From the NCBI RefSeq assembly GCF_036321535.1, contig NC_087436.1, forward strand, positions 89,778,001 to 89,842,000: DNA of 64,000 bases, written 5' to 3'. Numbering within the stretch: the first letter of the stretch is position 1; every line of letters begins with the position of its first letter. A model generated the notes under the pieces. The model saw only the letters and a list, made by a program, of their open reading frames with translations, was not told the origin of the DNA and ran no database searches. The stretch is from Camelus dromedarius (taxonomy: Eukaryota). This document shows, piece by piece, positions 38,359-50,323 of this stretch. A program made the translations under genes and the position numbers.

Positions 38359-41300
38359 TTTCTCTTTCTCTTTTTTTTTTCTGTGATTGATCTCTAGTTT
38401 CATGCCATAGTGGTCAGAAAAGATGCTTGAAATAATTTCTATCCTCATAAATTTGTTGAGGCTTCTTTTGTGTCCAAATATGTAGTCTGTCCTAGAGAAT
38501 GTTCCTTGCATACTTGAAAAGAATGTGTATTTTGGTTTTGGGGGGTATATTATCTAAAAATATCAAGTAAATCCAACTATTCCATTATGTCATTTAGTAT
38601 CTTTCACCTTACTGATTTTCTGCCTGGAAGATCTGTCCGATGATGTTAATGAGGTGTTAAAGTCTCTTACTATTAATATATTACAAACAATTCCTCCCTT
38701 TACGTCTAATAGTATCTGTTTTATATATTTAGGCACTCCTATATTGTGTGCATATATGTTAACAAGTGTAATATCCTCTTCATGTATTGCTCCTTTATCA
38801 TTATATAGTGTCCTTCTTTATCTTTCCTTATAGTGTTTGTTTTAAAGTCTTTTTTGTCTGATACGAGTATCGCTACCCTTGCTTTCTTGTCCTTTCCGTT
38901 TGCATGAAATATATTTTTTCCATCCTCTCACTTTTAATCTATGTGTATCCTTTACCCTAAAGTTCGTCTTTTGTGGGTAGCATATTGTAGCCTCTTGTTT
39001 TATTATCCAGTCTGCCATTCTCTGTCTTTTGATTGGAGCATTTAGTTTATTGACTTTTATGGCAATTATTGAAAGATGTGTGTTTACTAACATTTTAAAC
39101 TTTGTTTTCCAGTTGATTTGGTATTTCTTCTCTGTTCCTTTCTTTTTCTTTTTGCTTTTCTGTTTGTGGTTTGATCATTTTCTTTTGTGTTAGTGTGGCT
39201 TCTTTTTGGTTTTTGTGATTTTATTTTATGCTTTTGATTTGTGGTTATTCTGTTTTTCAACTATATCTGTTTGCTTTAGATTGGTAGTCATATAGGCTCA
39301 AACACATTGTAAGAACAAAAAGAAAATCTACAGATTCTTTCTCCCCTCTCCCACACTTTATGATTTTGATGTCCTCTTTTACATCTTTATGTTTATTCTC
39401 TTGCAGCTCATTGTAGTTACCACATTTCCAAGTATGGTTTTCTCTTTTATATAGCTTTCTGTTTCTTTTTTATTTAGAGAAGACCTTTCAATATTTCTTT
39501 TAGGATAGGTTTAGTATTGTTAATTCTATTAGTTTTTGCTTGTCTGTGAAATTCTTTATTTCTCCTTCTATTCTAAAGGATAGTCTTACTGGGTACAGTA
39601 GCCTAGGTTGCAGCCTTTTCTCATTCAGAACTTTGATTATGTCTTGCCACCCCCTTCTGGCCAGCAGTGTTTGTGTAGAGAAATCAGCTGAAAGCCTTAT
39701 GGGGGCTCCCTTGTAACTAACACTTTGTTTTTCTTTGCTGCTTTTATAATCTTTTCTTTATCACTAACTTTGACCATCTTAATTACAATATTTTGGTGTA
39801 GGTCTGTTTAGATTCATCTTGTTTGGGGCCCTCTCTGCTTCCTGTACTTGGATATCTTTTTCCTTCTCTAGGTTTGAGAATTTTTCAGTCATGATTTCTT
39901 CAAATACCTCTTGCATTCCCTTTTATCTTTCTTCTCCTTCTGTGACCCTTATTCTGCATAGATTGATGGGCATGCTTTATATTATTCCATCGGTCTCTTA
40001 CATTGCTTTCATTGTTTTTCATTTGTTTTTCTGCCTGCTGTTCTGATTTGGGTGATTTCTGTTATCCTTTTTGTTAAATCACTTATTTGTTCTGCAATAT
40101 CTAGTCTGCTTTTGACTGCCTTTACCTCAGCTTTTTTCCTCAGCAATTGAATTTTCTTTTAATTGGCTCATCTTTATAGTTTCTATTTCCTTTTTATAGT
40201 ATTCTGCACTTCTATTGATAGTCTGTCTTATTTCATTCAGTCCTCTTATTACCTCCTTTTTGAAGTCAGGATCGAGTAGACTGTCAAGGTCTGTTTCAAT
40301 GTTCATTTTTTCAGGGGACTTCTCTTGTTTTTCTAATTGGGAATGGTTCCTCTGCTTCGTTATTTTACTTATATTTCTCTGACTCTATAAATTTAAGAGT
40401 AATAGTTATCTACTTGTGGTCTCAAAGGGCTGTTTGTTGTTGTTGTTTTAAACTGGGAGCCATCTCTGTGAGACTGCATGTCTAATGATTTTGTTGCGAG
40501 GGCTATTTTCAGTATGGATGGTTGCCAAGTCTTTCCTCCAAATGTAATGATACTATCCCTTTGATTGGGGGTGTGGTTGGTGTTGTGGTGACTAGAGCCT
40601 GCCCTGATTATTGAGCAGGGCCTCCTGTTTGCTCTGTGGTAGTCACAGCCTTGCCAGGTCTGCTCCTCTGTTGTTGAAATAGAGGCTTCCAGATCTGTTT
40701 CTGAGCTACAATGTATGGTAGGTGGGATTAGAGCACTTTGGCTGGTAGGGGAGCCACTGAGTATTCCTCTGCAGATGTCCATCAGGAAGTGTTGTCTGTC
40801 ATTTGGTATGTGGGCTTACAAAATACGCTTGTTGATAGTGCCCTTGTTCCTGCCTCAATCACAGGAATTTTGGCAACCCCCTCTAGTATCCTCCAGATTC
40901 TGCACCCTCAGAGCCACCAGTGCAGATCCGCTGACATCAGGCACTAGGACCCGCCAGAGTGCACATGCAGTCATACACCTGGATACACCACGGGCCACAG
41001 GGTCAGTCCAGACCCCAGCCCCAAGTCCACAAATGGTACGCAGACCCACTGTTAATGCCCAATGCACCCCTGCTGTACACCAGAACTCTGCTCATTTGTC
41101 TCAGTGGTGTGGGTGCATAAAAGCACCGATGGAGCAAATCTGCCATTGCTGCCTGGGGCTAGAATCAAATCTCAGTCCTGCCTGCAAAGTTGCCAGAACC
41201 TTGGATATGTATTTAGGTTTCAGCTCTGCCTTCACCTTGGAGCCATGCACCAATGATTATGCCCTTCCAGAGCAAGCAGAAAAGATGGCTGTGTGTGAAC

Positions 41301-41709
41301 CCTGCCTCTGTTGTTGCAAGAATGCACACCAGCAATGGTGCCGAGCAATGCCCTCCATGCTTGTGGAGACGGCTGCTATGGCTAGGCTCCATTACACGAC
41401 TGCTCCCCACAGACCCAGCAGTGGTGCTTTTTATGGGGGTCCCAGGCTGTTCAGTTCTGCACATTCCCAGCCTCAGCCTACACCACATTCCCTCCCTGCA
41501 GGACAGGTCTCACACTGATTTCCTTTTTCTTTTCCTTTTTTCCCTACCGGTTTTGTGAGGATTTCCTTGTATTTCTGATGTAATAGCTATTCTGCTAAAG
41601 TTCAATAGGTATTCTTTGTGATTTGTTCCATATATAGGTGTAGATTTTTCTGTGTTTGTGGGAGAGGGTGAGCTAGGCATTCTGCTACTCCACCATCTTG
41701 GCCCAACCA
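38359..41709 (-). mobile_element. L1 with 5'UTR, decayed ORF1 and only the ORF2 endonuclease region; 3' part absent
   Basis: 5' end GGTTGGGCCAAGATGGTGGAGTAG; ORF 38842-39093 (MLVNTHLSIIAIKVNKLNAPIKRQRMADWI) matches the L1 ORF2 EN N-terminus; TSD tgacatc(a/c)tttt at 38347 and 41710. Confidence 0.92.
38842..39093 (-). pseudogene. Frameshifted remnant of the L1 ORF2 APE-like endonuclease N-terminus
   Basis: 'LNAPIKRQR.ADWI.KQ..TIC..Q.T.FR.KDTHRLKVRGWKK' is the L1 EN motif. Confidence 0.9.
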
Positions 41710-42157
41710 TGACATCCTTTTCTTTTCTTTTTTTTTTTTTCTTTTTTTTCCAGTTGATTCATGCCTTCTTCTCTTAACTCGGCGCTTAGCATCTTGAGAA
41801 CAGACACCAGGTCTTAGACTTCTGCTGTACTCCATATGATCCCTATTTTCAATAATGATTTTCTAATAAATATCTGTTGAATGCATATAGTTATGCTCCT
41901 GGGGTGAATGTCTGACAGGAGGTACTCAGAGCAGCACATAATTCCAGACAGGAAGCTTGCCAGGCTGAGTCATTCAGCAGCTGCATCATGTTTGTGACAT
42001 GTTTTCTTATCAGAGTGTGAGGATTAGGAATAAAGAAATCTCAGTTTGGTGTGTAGGGAATAAGCTTGGGTTTTGTGCCTTCTTGCAATTTAATAATGCA
42101 TTTTTAGAACTATAGTTGTGCATGATTCTTTCCTTTGATTCTACATAGATAACACGA

Positions 42158-42660
42158 TTTTGGCTGCAAGTAACAGAAATGGCTTCAATAATAAGGAAAT
42201 GATTATAGCAAAAGATAAAAAAAAAACAAAGGAAAAGTTCAGAGATAGAATGGTTTCAGATTTGATTAATGCTGTAAGTCAATAATGTAATCTGGGGCAA
42301 AATTTCTTCTATCTTTCCGTTCTCAAGCTTCCTACTAGTGTAATTCCCTCAGGCTGAGTTTCTTTTTAATTGCAAAATGGCTGTTACAGATTCTTCTCCT
42401 TGTTGATGGTACCACAGGTGTTCAGTGGGAGAAACAAAATCATATCTTCTTTGGTGACTCTATTTGGGAGTGAAGACTTTCCCAGAAGTCCCTAGCATAT
42501 AGCATATTTTTTTCTCATCTCTTATTAGTTGAAACTGGATTACATGCCTGCTCCTAAAGAAATAAGTGGAAGGAAGGATGAGACTACTACGTTTGTCTTG
42601 GTCCCAGAAGAATTCTGGTCACAGGTGGTAAATGGATGGCTATCGGAGTAAACCTGAGGC
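42158..42660 (-). mobile_element. Old MaLR LTR (MLT1J/K-like)
   Basis: 'ttggctgcaagtaacagaaa...gcaaaatggctg...ttcccagaagtccc...ggattacatgcctgctcctaa'. Confidence 0.7.
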
Positions 42661-44543
42661 TTTTCGGTATGTTTGAAGTGGAAATGTCTGCTAGCAAAAC
42701 ACCCAGTGGTCGGCCTTAGATCCCAACACAGTACTGGCCAATGACCCCTCTCCAAAAGGTAAGCAAACCTCCTCCCTCTCTTGTTTGTTTTCAAAGGATT
42801 GAATAGGCTAATGCACTTTCTGACTCTGGGGGATGCAATCCAGCTCATCAATGGTTGGAGTCCTCTGCCAGAATATTTTAATAGTCTTAATGACCATACA
42901 TTATATATATTGTTTGCATTAAAATATTGGCTACGACTAAGCCCTGAGGTTTCTCTAGGGCACCTTTTTAAAGTAATAAATTTTAGACTAGCTGCCTTCC
43001 TTAGCCAACTTATAAGAGAGACCTTATGCTCAGTTCTCTTCACCTCTTCCTTTTGTTCCTTTCTTTCACTTACCCAGTGCCTTCAAACCTTCTTCCAGAG
43101 GCCCCAAGCTATGTCAAAACCTGCTCTTAGAAGTGTTCTAATGCCAGTCAGTTATGCTGGAGGGTGAGTTTGGACATATGTTCCCCTATTGGAATATGTG
43201 AATGAACAATTAACTTCTAATGGTAGAAAGAAGGGTTTCTGGTTTTGCTTGTCAAAGTTGTAGTTATCAGCTAAGAGAGTATGTACAATAACTAAAGAGA
43301 TTTTAGGAGTTTTCTGGCTCCCTACACTACTCAACATAAGATTACAGCTGTGAGACATTTTCTTTAACCAGGTAAAGTGTGTGTGTGTGTGTGTGGTGTG
43401 TTTGTGTCAGAGGTGGAATGGAGGAGACAGTTTGAAATGCATGTTTTATTTTGTGATCCTAATTAGGTTTATATATACTGTCTTCATCCATCAGTTTATA
43501 CTATTTCAGTTCAGTTGAAGTTTTTCTTCAAATGCATAGACAAAGTAATTAACTGAGTACATAATGACGGAAATATAGGATGGTGTTCTAATACCACTTG
43601 GAAATAATTTTGTTTCTGATTGACTGCCTCTCAAAAATATTTTCTCAAAGATTATGAAAATGAAATATCAAAATATTTTCAGTTTTCATTTTTTTCTTTC
43701 TTAAAATATCTTTCAACCTACATTATCTGCTTAATTGAGCTGATTGCTACACACACAACATCTAAAGTCATTGAACTGTTCAGATGCCTGATGAATTTTG
43801 TGTAAATATTAAAAAAAATATTTAACTCAGATGATGTCAGGTTTCTAACATGTATTATGCCTCACTAATTACATTATTTTTTTCTGTATTTCCTTTGGTA
43901 GACCAATATGAAAAGTATCTGTATCAAATCTGTCAAGGAAAAGGAATGCTAATTAGAATAAAGTTTTCAACATAATTTATAATATCTAAGAATAAATTAT
44001 GACCTCTTCATCAAGTCACTTTACGAGAAGTTAAAAGACATACTTTATATACAGAGTTTTAGCTAAAAGACTAAATTAGCACAAGACTCTCCAACTCAGC
44101 TTTATCGAGCTCACTATAAGCCCTTCCCAATTTGGGTCCCTATAAAGTATTTATATAGCAATACTTCTTTTTTGTTTTTTTTAAAAACTTATCAGTGCAT
44201 TGTATTTATTTGTATAGTTTCCTCAACAGCAAGCATTTGGAACTTAAGGAGCTTTTCTAAATAATCTCTGGGTGCTCAATATTCAGCCAAGTGTCCAGCT
44301 CACACTAAGTGCTCAATGCCCATTAGAAGTGCCTTATTTATTTTTGGTTCCTGAATTTGGACCACCTTGGTACTTGGTTAGGATTGGAGTTATGCTGGAC
44401 CTTCCAGGAAAGGGGATAACAGTAGGAAGTCAAGGTCACCTTGTTTAGGATTTTTCCTCTTTGTAGTCTAAATTAGCTCCTCCTTGAGTGCTCTTACATT
44501 CTGCTCTTATCTCTAAATTCATTCATTAAAAAAAATACTGGAT

Positions 44544-44666
44544 TCACAGCGAAAGAAAACGTGACAATGAATGTATGTATGTTCATGTATAACGGAAAAA
44601 TTGTGCTCTATACTGGAATTTGACACAACATTGTGAAATGACTATAACTCAATAAAAAAAAATGTT
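44544..44666 (+). mobile_element. Young L1 3' end (camelid-type) inserted in an L2 tail
   Basis: Perfect 16-bp TSD aaaaaaaatactggat (44528-44543, 44667-44682) at TT/AAAA; same family as 7244-7417. Confidence 0.92.
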
Positions 44667-44682
44667 AAAAAAAATACTGGAT

Positions 44683-44950
44683 GTCTATTCTGTCAGTCAC
44701 TGCTTCAGGCTCTGGGATTCATCTGTGAGTGAAATAGACACAATCCATCTCTCACGGAGTTTACATTCAATTTGTAGAGACGTGGAAATAATCAAATAGA
44801 TATAAATTATAATGCTAGGTAGTGAAAGTGTCATGAAGAAAAGAAGATAAAGGGACAGAAAGTTCCAAGAGAAGCCAGTTTTAGCTAACATGGTCAGGAC
44901 ATTTTCCCAAGGTGGTTATATTTGATCAAAGACAGTTGATGTCTGGGGAA
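44683..44950 (-). mobile_element. L2 3' region
   Basis: 'ctcacggagtttacattc...ctaggtagtgaaagtgtcatgaagaaaa'. Confidence 0.7.
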
Positions 44951-45099
44951 GGGAGCTGAGACATGAGGGGCTCCCTCATGTCAGGTCAAAGAAGAGGAAG
45001 GAAATTTAGCAAAAGACTAACAGGGAGCAGCTAATGAGGAAAACCAGGAGTAGATGCTGTCAGAGAAGTTAAAAAAAAAAAAAGAAATAGCTAGTAATA

Positions 45100-45169
45100 G
45101 CCTATTTATTTTGCTTTGAATATATTCTTCCCATGCCTATTTATTCTGCTTTGAATATATTCTTCCCAT
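45100..45169. repeat. 35-bp tandem duplication (1 mismatch)
   Basis: gcctatttatt(t/c)tgctttgaatatattcttcccat x2. Confidence 0.95.
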
Positions 45170-45929
45170 TTTCTGTAAACCTCAAAAAGTGAGATTGATC
45201 TTGTGATCTAATTTATGTATTAGAAATTTTCAGCCTGAAACTCACACGTTCAATCTCCCCAACTTGTAAAGCAACGTCTAAATGGCCCATTGTGGGAAAT
45301 GCTTTTCCAGCTTCCATCAGTTGTTAGCTTACTTACCCTACACTTAGCTAACCTTACAGCAGAGGTAAGGAGCTGTTCCATGGGTGGCCCAGATGTTTGG
45401 ATTGTGTGCATTGGATTTATTCAGACTCAACCTCTGAAGAATATTTTATCTATTAAGATCAATTTTGCTAAAAAATGTATAAATGCTTTGAAAATAATTA
45501 CAGTAAATGCCTTCTTATCTGGCCTTTTAGCAATTGGCTCGAATGTTTCCCATTCTCTCCTTCAAATGCGCTGACTGATTCCCTAGTCAGCAATTGCTCC
45601 CAGCCATGGTTTTCTCTCTACAATGCCTGTGACCTCCTCCCTCCTTGGATTAAGATGCTTCTCAAGATGGACTTTGTTCCCAACTTGCATATGCCAGTTG
45701 TATTTATCAGGGCAACACTTAACTTGAAACATTTGTAACTTGATACCATTTGGAAACAGAATACACTGCGTTGCTAAGTGTTGAATGTGGATTGCTAAAA
45801 TAATTCTGATGATTTGGTTTTGGAGAGATTGAAACCAAGTACCCCAAACAGAATTCCGCTGCTGAGTTTACGATGAACTTCTCTGTCCAAAACTTTATTC
45901 CCTTTCTTGTCTCATCCCTGTTCCCCTCA

Positions 45930-46570
45930 GGATTGAGGAGTATCAAAGAAAAGGGGGCATTGAAACTGAGGGGGCCCTCCTGGATACAAAAACTCCCTGC
46001 CCATGTTCCATATTTCTTGTTTATAGAAAAAAGCTTTAGTTTCCTAGGCCTTCCCTGAATTCCAAAGAGCAGGCACAGGCAGTTACTAATTAGGGAAGTG
46101 AGGGAATGCAGAAACAGAGGAAAAGCAGTTAAGCAAGAAAAGTAATGACAGCTTAAATGGTATCAGGGAGAAAACAGGATCCGAGTTCCTCCTCAAGGGA
46201 TAGGCATAATAACCTGATACGTATCTTTGAGTTTCGTAGAAACTAAGACCCCCCTAACCCCAGGTGGAGGATGGTGACCTGAGCACAAGCAGGTAGATGC
46301 CAACCAGCTGGAACCAGCAGATCCTCCAAACATCACCCTGCTACCTCATCACCAACCTTTCAGAAGGGAGTCCAGGAGCTGCGACCCTCACCCAAATGTT
46401 GCCTTTAAAAACCCTTCCTTGAAAACCATCAGGAGTCCCCGTCTTTAGATCACTAGCTGCCTTGCGCGGCACCCTGCAATAAAGATTGTCCTTTCCTTCA
46501 CCACAACTGAGCATCAGTGGATTGGCTTTTCTGTGCGCAGGCCAGCAAACCCAAGTTCAGTTTGGTAACA
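45930..46570 (+). mobile_element. ERV1-class solo LTR (left boundary uncertain, possibly from ~45830)
   Basis: TATA-like 'cctttaaaaaccc', AATAAA near 46478, end 'acccaagttcagtttggtaaca'. Confidence 0.8.
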
Positions 46571-47624
46571 AAATAACTAAGAACCAGGGTGAAATGATAA
46601 AGGTTAATGAATGATCGTAACCAAGTCCTGAATTATAATCAAGATTTGAGTCTGATTGCTTCCCCTGCCTCTTCAGACTCTCGTTATACTAGGAAAAAGG
46701 AAAAGAGGGAAGGAGGGAGGGATACAAAATGAAATCCATAAAGGAAGAAAAAAGAAGAAATAAATGAAAAGAGAAATAATTTGGAACTGTAAATAGATGC
46801 GATTCATATAAGAGGGACAATATAAAACTTTGAATTCAAAGAAAATGCCACATGTCTGCCTCTCTATATCAAAATATTAGCAAGTAAATGCATATGTATG
46901 CTTTTGTCAAGCTAAAATGCTTAAGAATTGTATGTATTATTTTATTAGATTCACTGTGAAAGTGAATTTTATACCTACTATTGATTTTCTTATGATACTG
47001 GTATTTATGAGTATGTATATATCTGTGGCTTAGAATAACTGGTGACTTTTATTTTGAAAGGGCAATGTTGCTGCAGAACAATCCAGGCAAAAATAGCTTC
47101 TTACGATGAAAAAATTTAAGAATCAGTTGACTGGTATCTTTCTGAAGCTTTCAACCTATTCTTGTCATTATACATTTATTTATTCTTATCATTACATATT
47201 TATTTAAATAAGGTTTAAAGTTAAATTAAACACATATATGGCTCACTTTACAAATTCAGCCTTAACACTACATCAACAATATTTATCAGTTTCTTATTTG
47301 TTAATTTTGAAAAACATAATACAAATAATTTAAAGTGCTTATTTGGAAAACACAAAATGAAACAGATGAGTCTTCTAAAAAAACAAAGAGTGAGAGAGAG
47401 AGAAAATCACTTCATAAGAAGAGAGAAATAGCAGAAAGAACTACAAAGAAAAATAAAGAGCTCCCAATTCAGTTTCAAATTCTCAGAATAAAACGGATTT
47501 GTGTCCAGTCATGTAGAGAATTTTTCTTAAACTTGAAAATCTGTGTTAGCCAATTTTTATGTGATTTAGTGGAAAGAGAGTATCCTGGTTCTAAGCTTAG
47601 CTTTATCGTGAGTCCCCAGTGAGA

Positions 47625-47985
47625 TAGTTAGCATTTGTGAGTATTTACTCTAAACCAGGCACCATACGTATCCCATCTAATCCTCCTATCGATCCGTCTG
47701 CATAAATATTGTTACCCTCACTTTCTACATGAGAAATGGAGGCTTAGAAGGAGGTGAAATACACAATCAATGGCTGAATAGGAATGTGAACTAACCTCTG
47801 TCTGAGGACTAAGGCTGGATATTCAACCATGTCCCGTACTGTCTCACCTCATCTGTTCATGTCTCGATTTCTTCTTCTGTAAATTGGGGGTAAAGTCATC
47901 TGTCTTCCTCAGAGTGGGTCAAAAGAAATGCAAAATGAAAAAAAAAATCCTGGTGCTTTGCAAATGTCAGGTAGTGTTTATTGCT
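47625..47985. mobile_element. Two adjacent MIR fragments in opposite orientation
   Basis: Minus: 'atctaatcctc...atgagaaatggaggcttaga'; plus: 'tctcgatttcttcttctgtaaattgggg'. Confidence 0.6.
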
Positions 47986-48091
47986 ACCATCACTTCTCAA
48001 AGAAGGTTGGAGAATGGAGAAAACCTGAGCAGAGCAGCTTATTTTAGAGAAACGGAAGCACGTTCAGCCCTCATTCCCGACTCCAACTTAC

Positions 48092-48170
48092 CCTGTCTTG
48101 TCGTCCTGCGTTCTCCCAGTAAGGGCTCCACCAGGCTGGACATGGTGGCCTGCATTTTTCTGCTGCTCAT
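48092..48170 (-). CDS. Candidate first coding exon, MSSRKMQATMSSLVEPLLGERRTTRQ; product unknown
   Basis: GCCACCATG (ATG at 48143), two in-frame upstream ATGs, donor AGG|GTAAGT; no downstream exon found. Confidence 0.3.
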
Positions 48171-48521
48171 CAGTGGGTCAGAGAATCATCAGATTAACTT
48201 TTCAAAAGACTTCCTTTGGTAAAAAGGAAGGACTAGAGCTGCATTAAGTCCCAATTCTGATTTTGACAGGGGCCAGTGACCAGCTACAGGCAAGCGTGGT
48301 TGTTTCATATTATCTCCCAAACTTGAGAGACATTCCTGATGAAAAGAAATGATAAAAGGGACACCACAGTGAGTCATTTGACTGTCCATTAGGTAAAAGG
48401 TAGGGCTATTATTTTGAAAATACATTTGAACGCGTGCCTGGTTTTGTTAAAGTATGGCCTCTCTGTTGAGACATGCATAACATTCCTGCAAACAAAGAGC
48501 AAAAACCAAAGCAAAAGCTAG

Positions 48522-48524
<3 letters not shown>

Positions 48525-48560
<36 letters not shown>
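48525..48560. repeat. (TA)n microsatellite
   Basis: Direct reading. Confidence 0.95.
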
Positions 48561-48564
<4 letters not shown>

Positions 48565-48673
48565 GAAAAATCCTGGGTGAAAGCTAACAAAAATTTAGTG
48601 TCTTATTCAATAGGGTTTAATCAATCAGTTTCTAAAATTTGTCAATGAACTCAATAGTTCTGAATTATATCAG

Positions 48674-48677
<4 letters not shown>

Positions 48678-48708
<31 letters not shown>
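48678..48708. repeat. Poly-A tract (~31 nt)
   Basis: Direct reading. Confidence 0.95.
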
Positions 48709-48711
<3 letters not shown>

Positions 48712-49714
48712 AGGGATTAGAAGTTAAAATGGATGGCTGGAGAGAAGGAGACAAGTGGCTTAGGGGTAATTATAATCAACATTTTACTGAACAGGATTAA
48801 AGATGATGCATCCTCGGAGTGAGTTTTAGGGCAGCCAGTGTGAACAGCAATAGCATGTAAGTGACTCCTGAGAAGGAACTTAAGACAATTGTCAGGAGCA
48901 TATCCTTTTGGAAACTCACTCTTCATAACTATTTTTATTGTCAAACAATGTGCTAGCTTTGACTTGATATCTCAGTAAACAGAGGGGCTACAGGAAGGGA
49001 GGGGAGGGATAAATATATTAAATAAATAATAAAAAAGGAAATGTTCAAATTCCCTTCTTAGGGTGCTGATTTCACAGTGTCAACAGATGGTGTTTCTTCT
49101 GGTTTCCCACAGTGTCCTAAATGAGAAAGTTTTTCAAGATACTAAGCTGAAAATAAAATCAGAGCCTTTCAATGTAAAATTCAAGTCAAATCACAAAAGA
49201 AAATGAAAGCAATATTTCGAGGTGAATTTTTGTTATGTTCTTGGGTTCAATACAACAGCTAGTGTATGACTGAACTAGAGTCAGTTAGTGAAAAATCCAA
49301 GTTTCAAATCCAGATCTTTTCATTACAAAGCCTGTGTTCCTTCAGATACTCTGCTGCCTACCAGCCAAATACTAATCTGGATTGCTCAGGCAGTTACTGA
49401 TGGAAGAACTTCCTTTCTGAACTCTTGAATTTAGCATCTTGCATTTGTGAAATTGACATAATAACACAACATGAGAATGGCAATTTAAAAAATAACAGTA
49501 ATAATACCACCATGCATTTTCAGCTTTCTGTAGATAAAGTGTTTTCTTACATGGTTCATTTAATGCTCATAATAACCCTGCATTGTACATAGAAGATTGT
49601 CCTATCGCCTTATTATAAGTGATAAAATGAAACTTGAATAAATACTTTTGTCAAAAATCCTGTCATTCAGTTTAAAACAGAATGAAGACTCTAATAGGCA
49701 GGTCATCAGAAGGG

Positions 49715-50285
49715 AAAAAAGTTATAAGATAAATAAGTAGTAGGGATGTCATGTACAACATGACAACTGCAGCTTACACTGCTATATGATATGTAAGAAA
49801 GTTGTCCAGTCAAAAAATGAGCAGAAGACCTAAATAGACATTTCTTCAAAGAAGACATACAAAAGGCCAAAAGACACATGAAAAGATGCTCAACATCACC
49901 AATTATTAAAGAAATGCAAATCAAAACCATAACAACGTATCACCTCACACTGGTCAGAATGATTACCATCAAAAAGTCTACAAATAATATATGCTGGAGA
50001 AGATGTGGAGAAGAAGAAACCCTCCTACACTGCTGGTGGGAATGTAAATTGGTGCAGCCACTATGGAAAACAGTATGGTGGTTCCTTAAAAAGCTAAAAA
50101 TAGAGCTATAATATGATCCGCCAATCCCACTCCTAGGCATATATCCAGAGAAAACTCAAATTCGTAAAGACACATACACTCCAATGTTCATAGCAGCACT
50201 ATTTACAATAACCAAGACACGGAAGCAACCTAAGAGTCCATCAGCAAATGGATAAAGAAGATGTGAGATATATAATACATATATA

Positions 50286-50323
<38 letters not shown>

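Larger units (their letters stand above)
37850..41885 (+). mobile_element. L2 element (~37850-38346 and ~41750-41885) split by the L1 insertion
   Basis: L2 motif 'accattgtacttccctgctcaaaaccttcaa' on the left; L2 tail 'aataaatatctgttgaatg' on the right. Confidence 0.6.

Noticed and set aside
42540..43167. 167-aa (-) and 128-aa (+) ORFs
   Set aside because: Partly overlap a MaLR LTR; no recognisable protein features.
5730..48380. Scattered AP-1 motifs (TGASTCA)
   Set aside because: Dispersed and not clearly above chance for a 7-mer.
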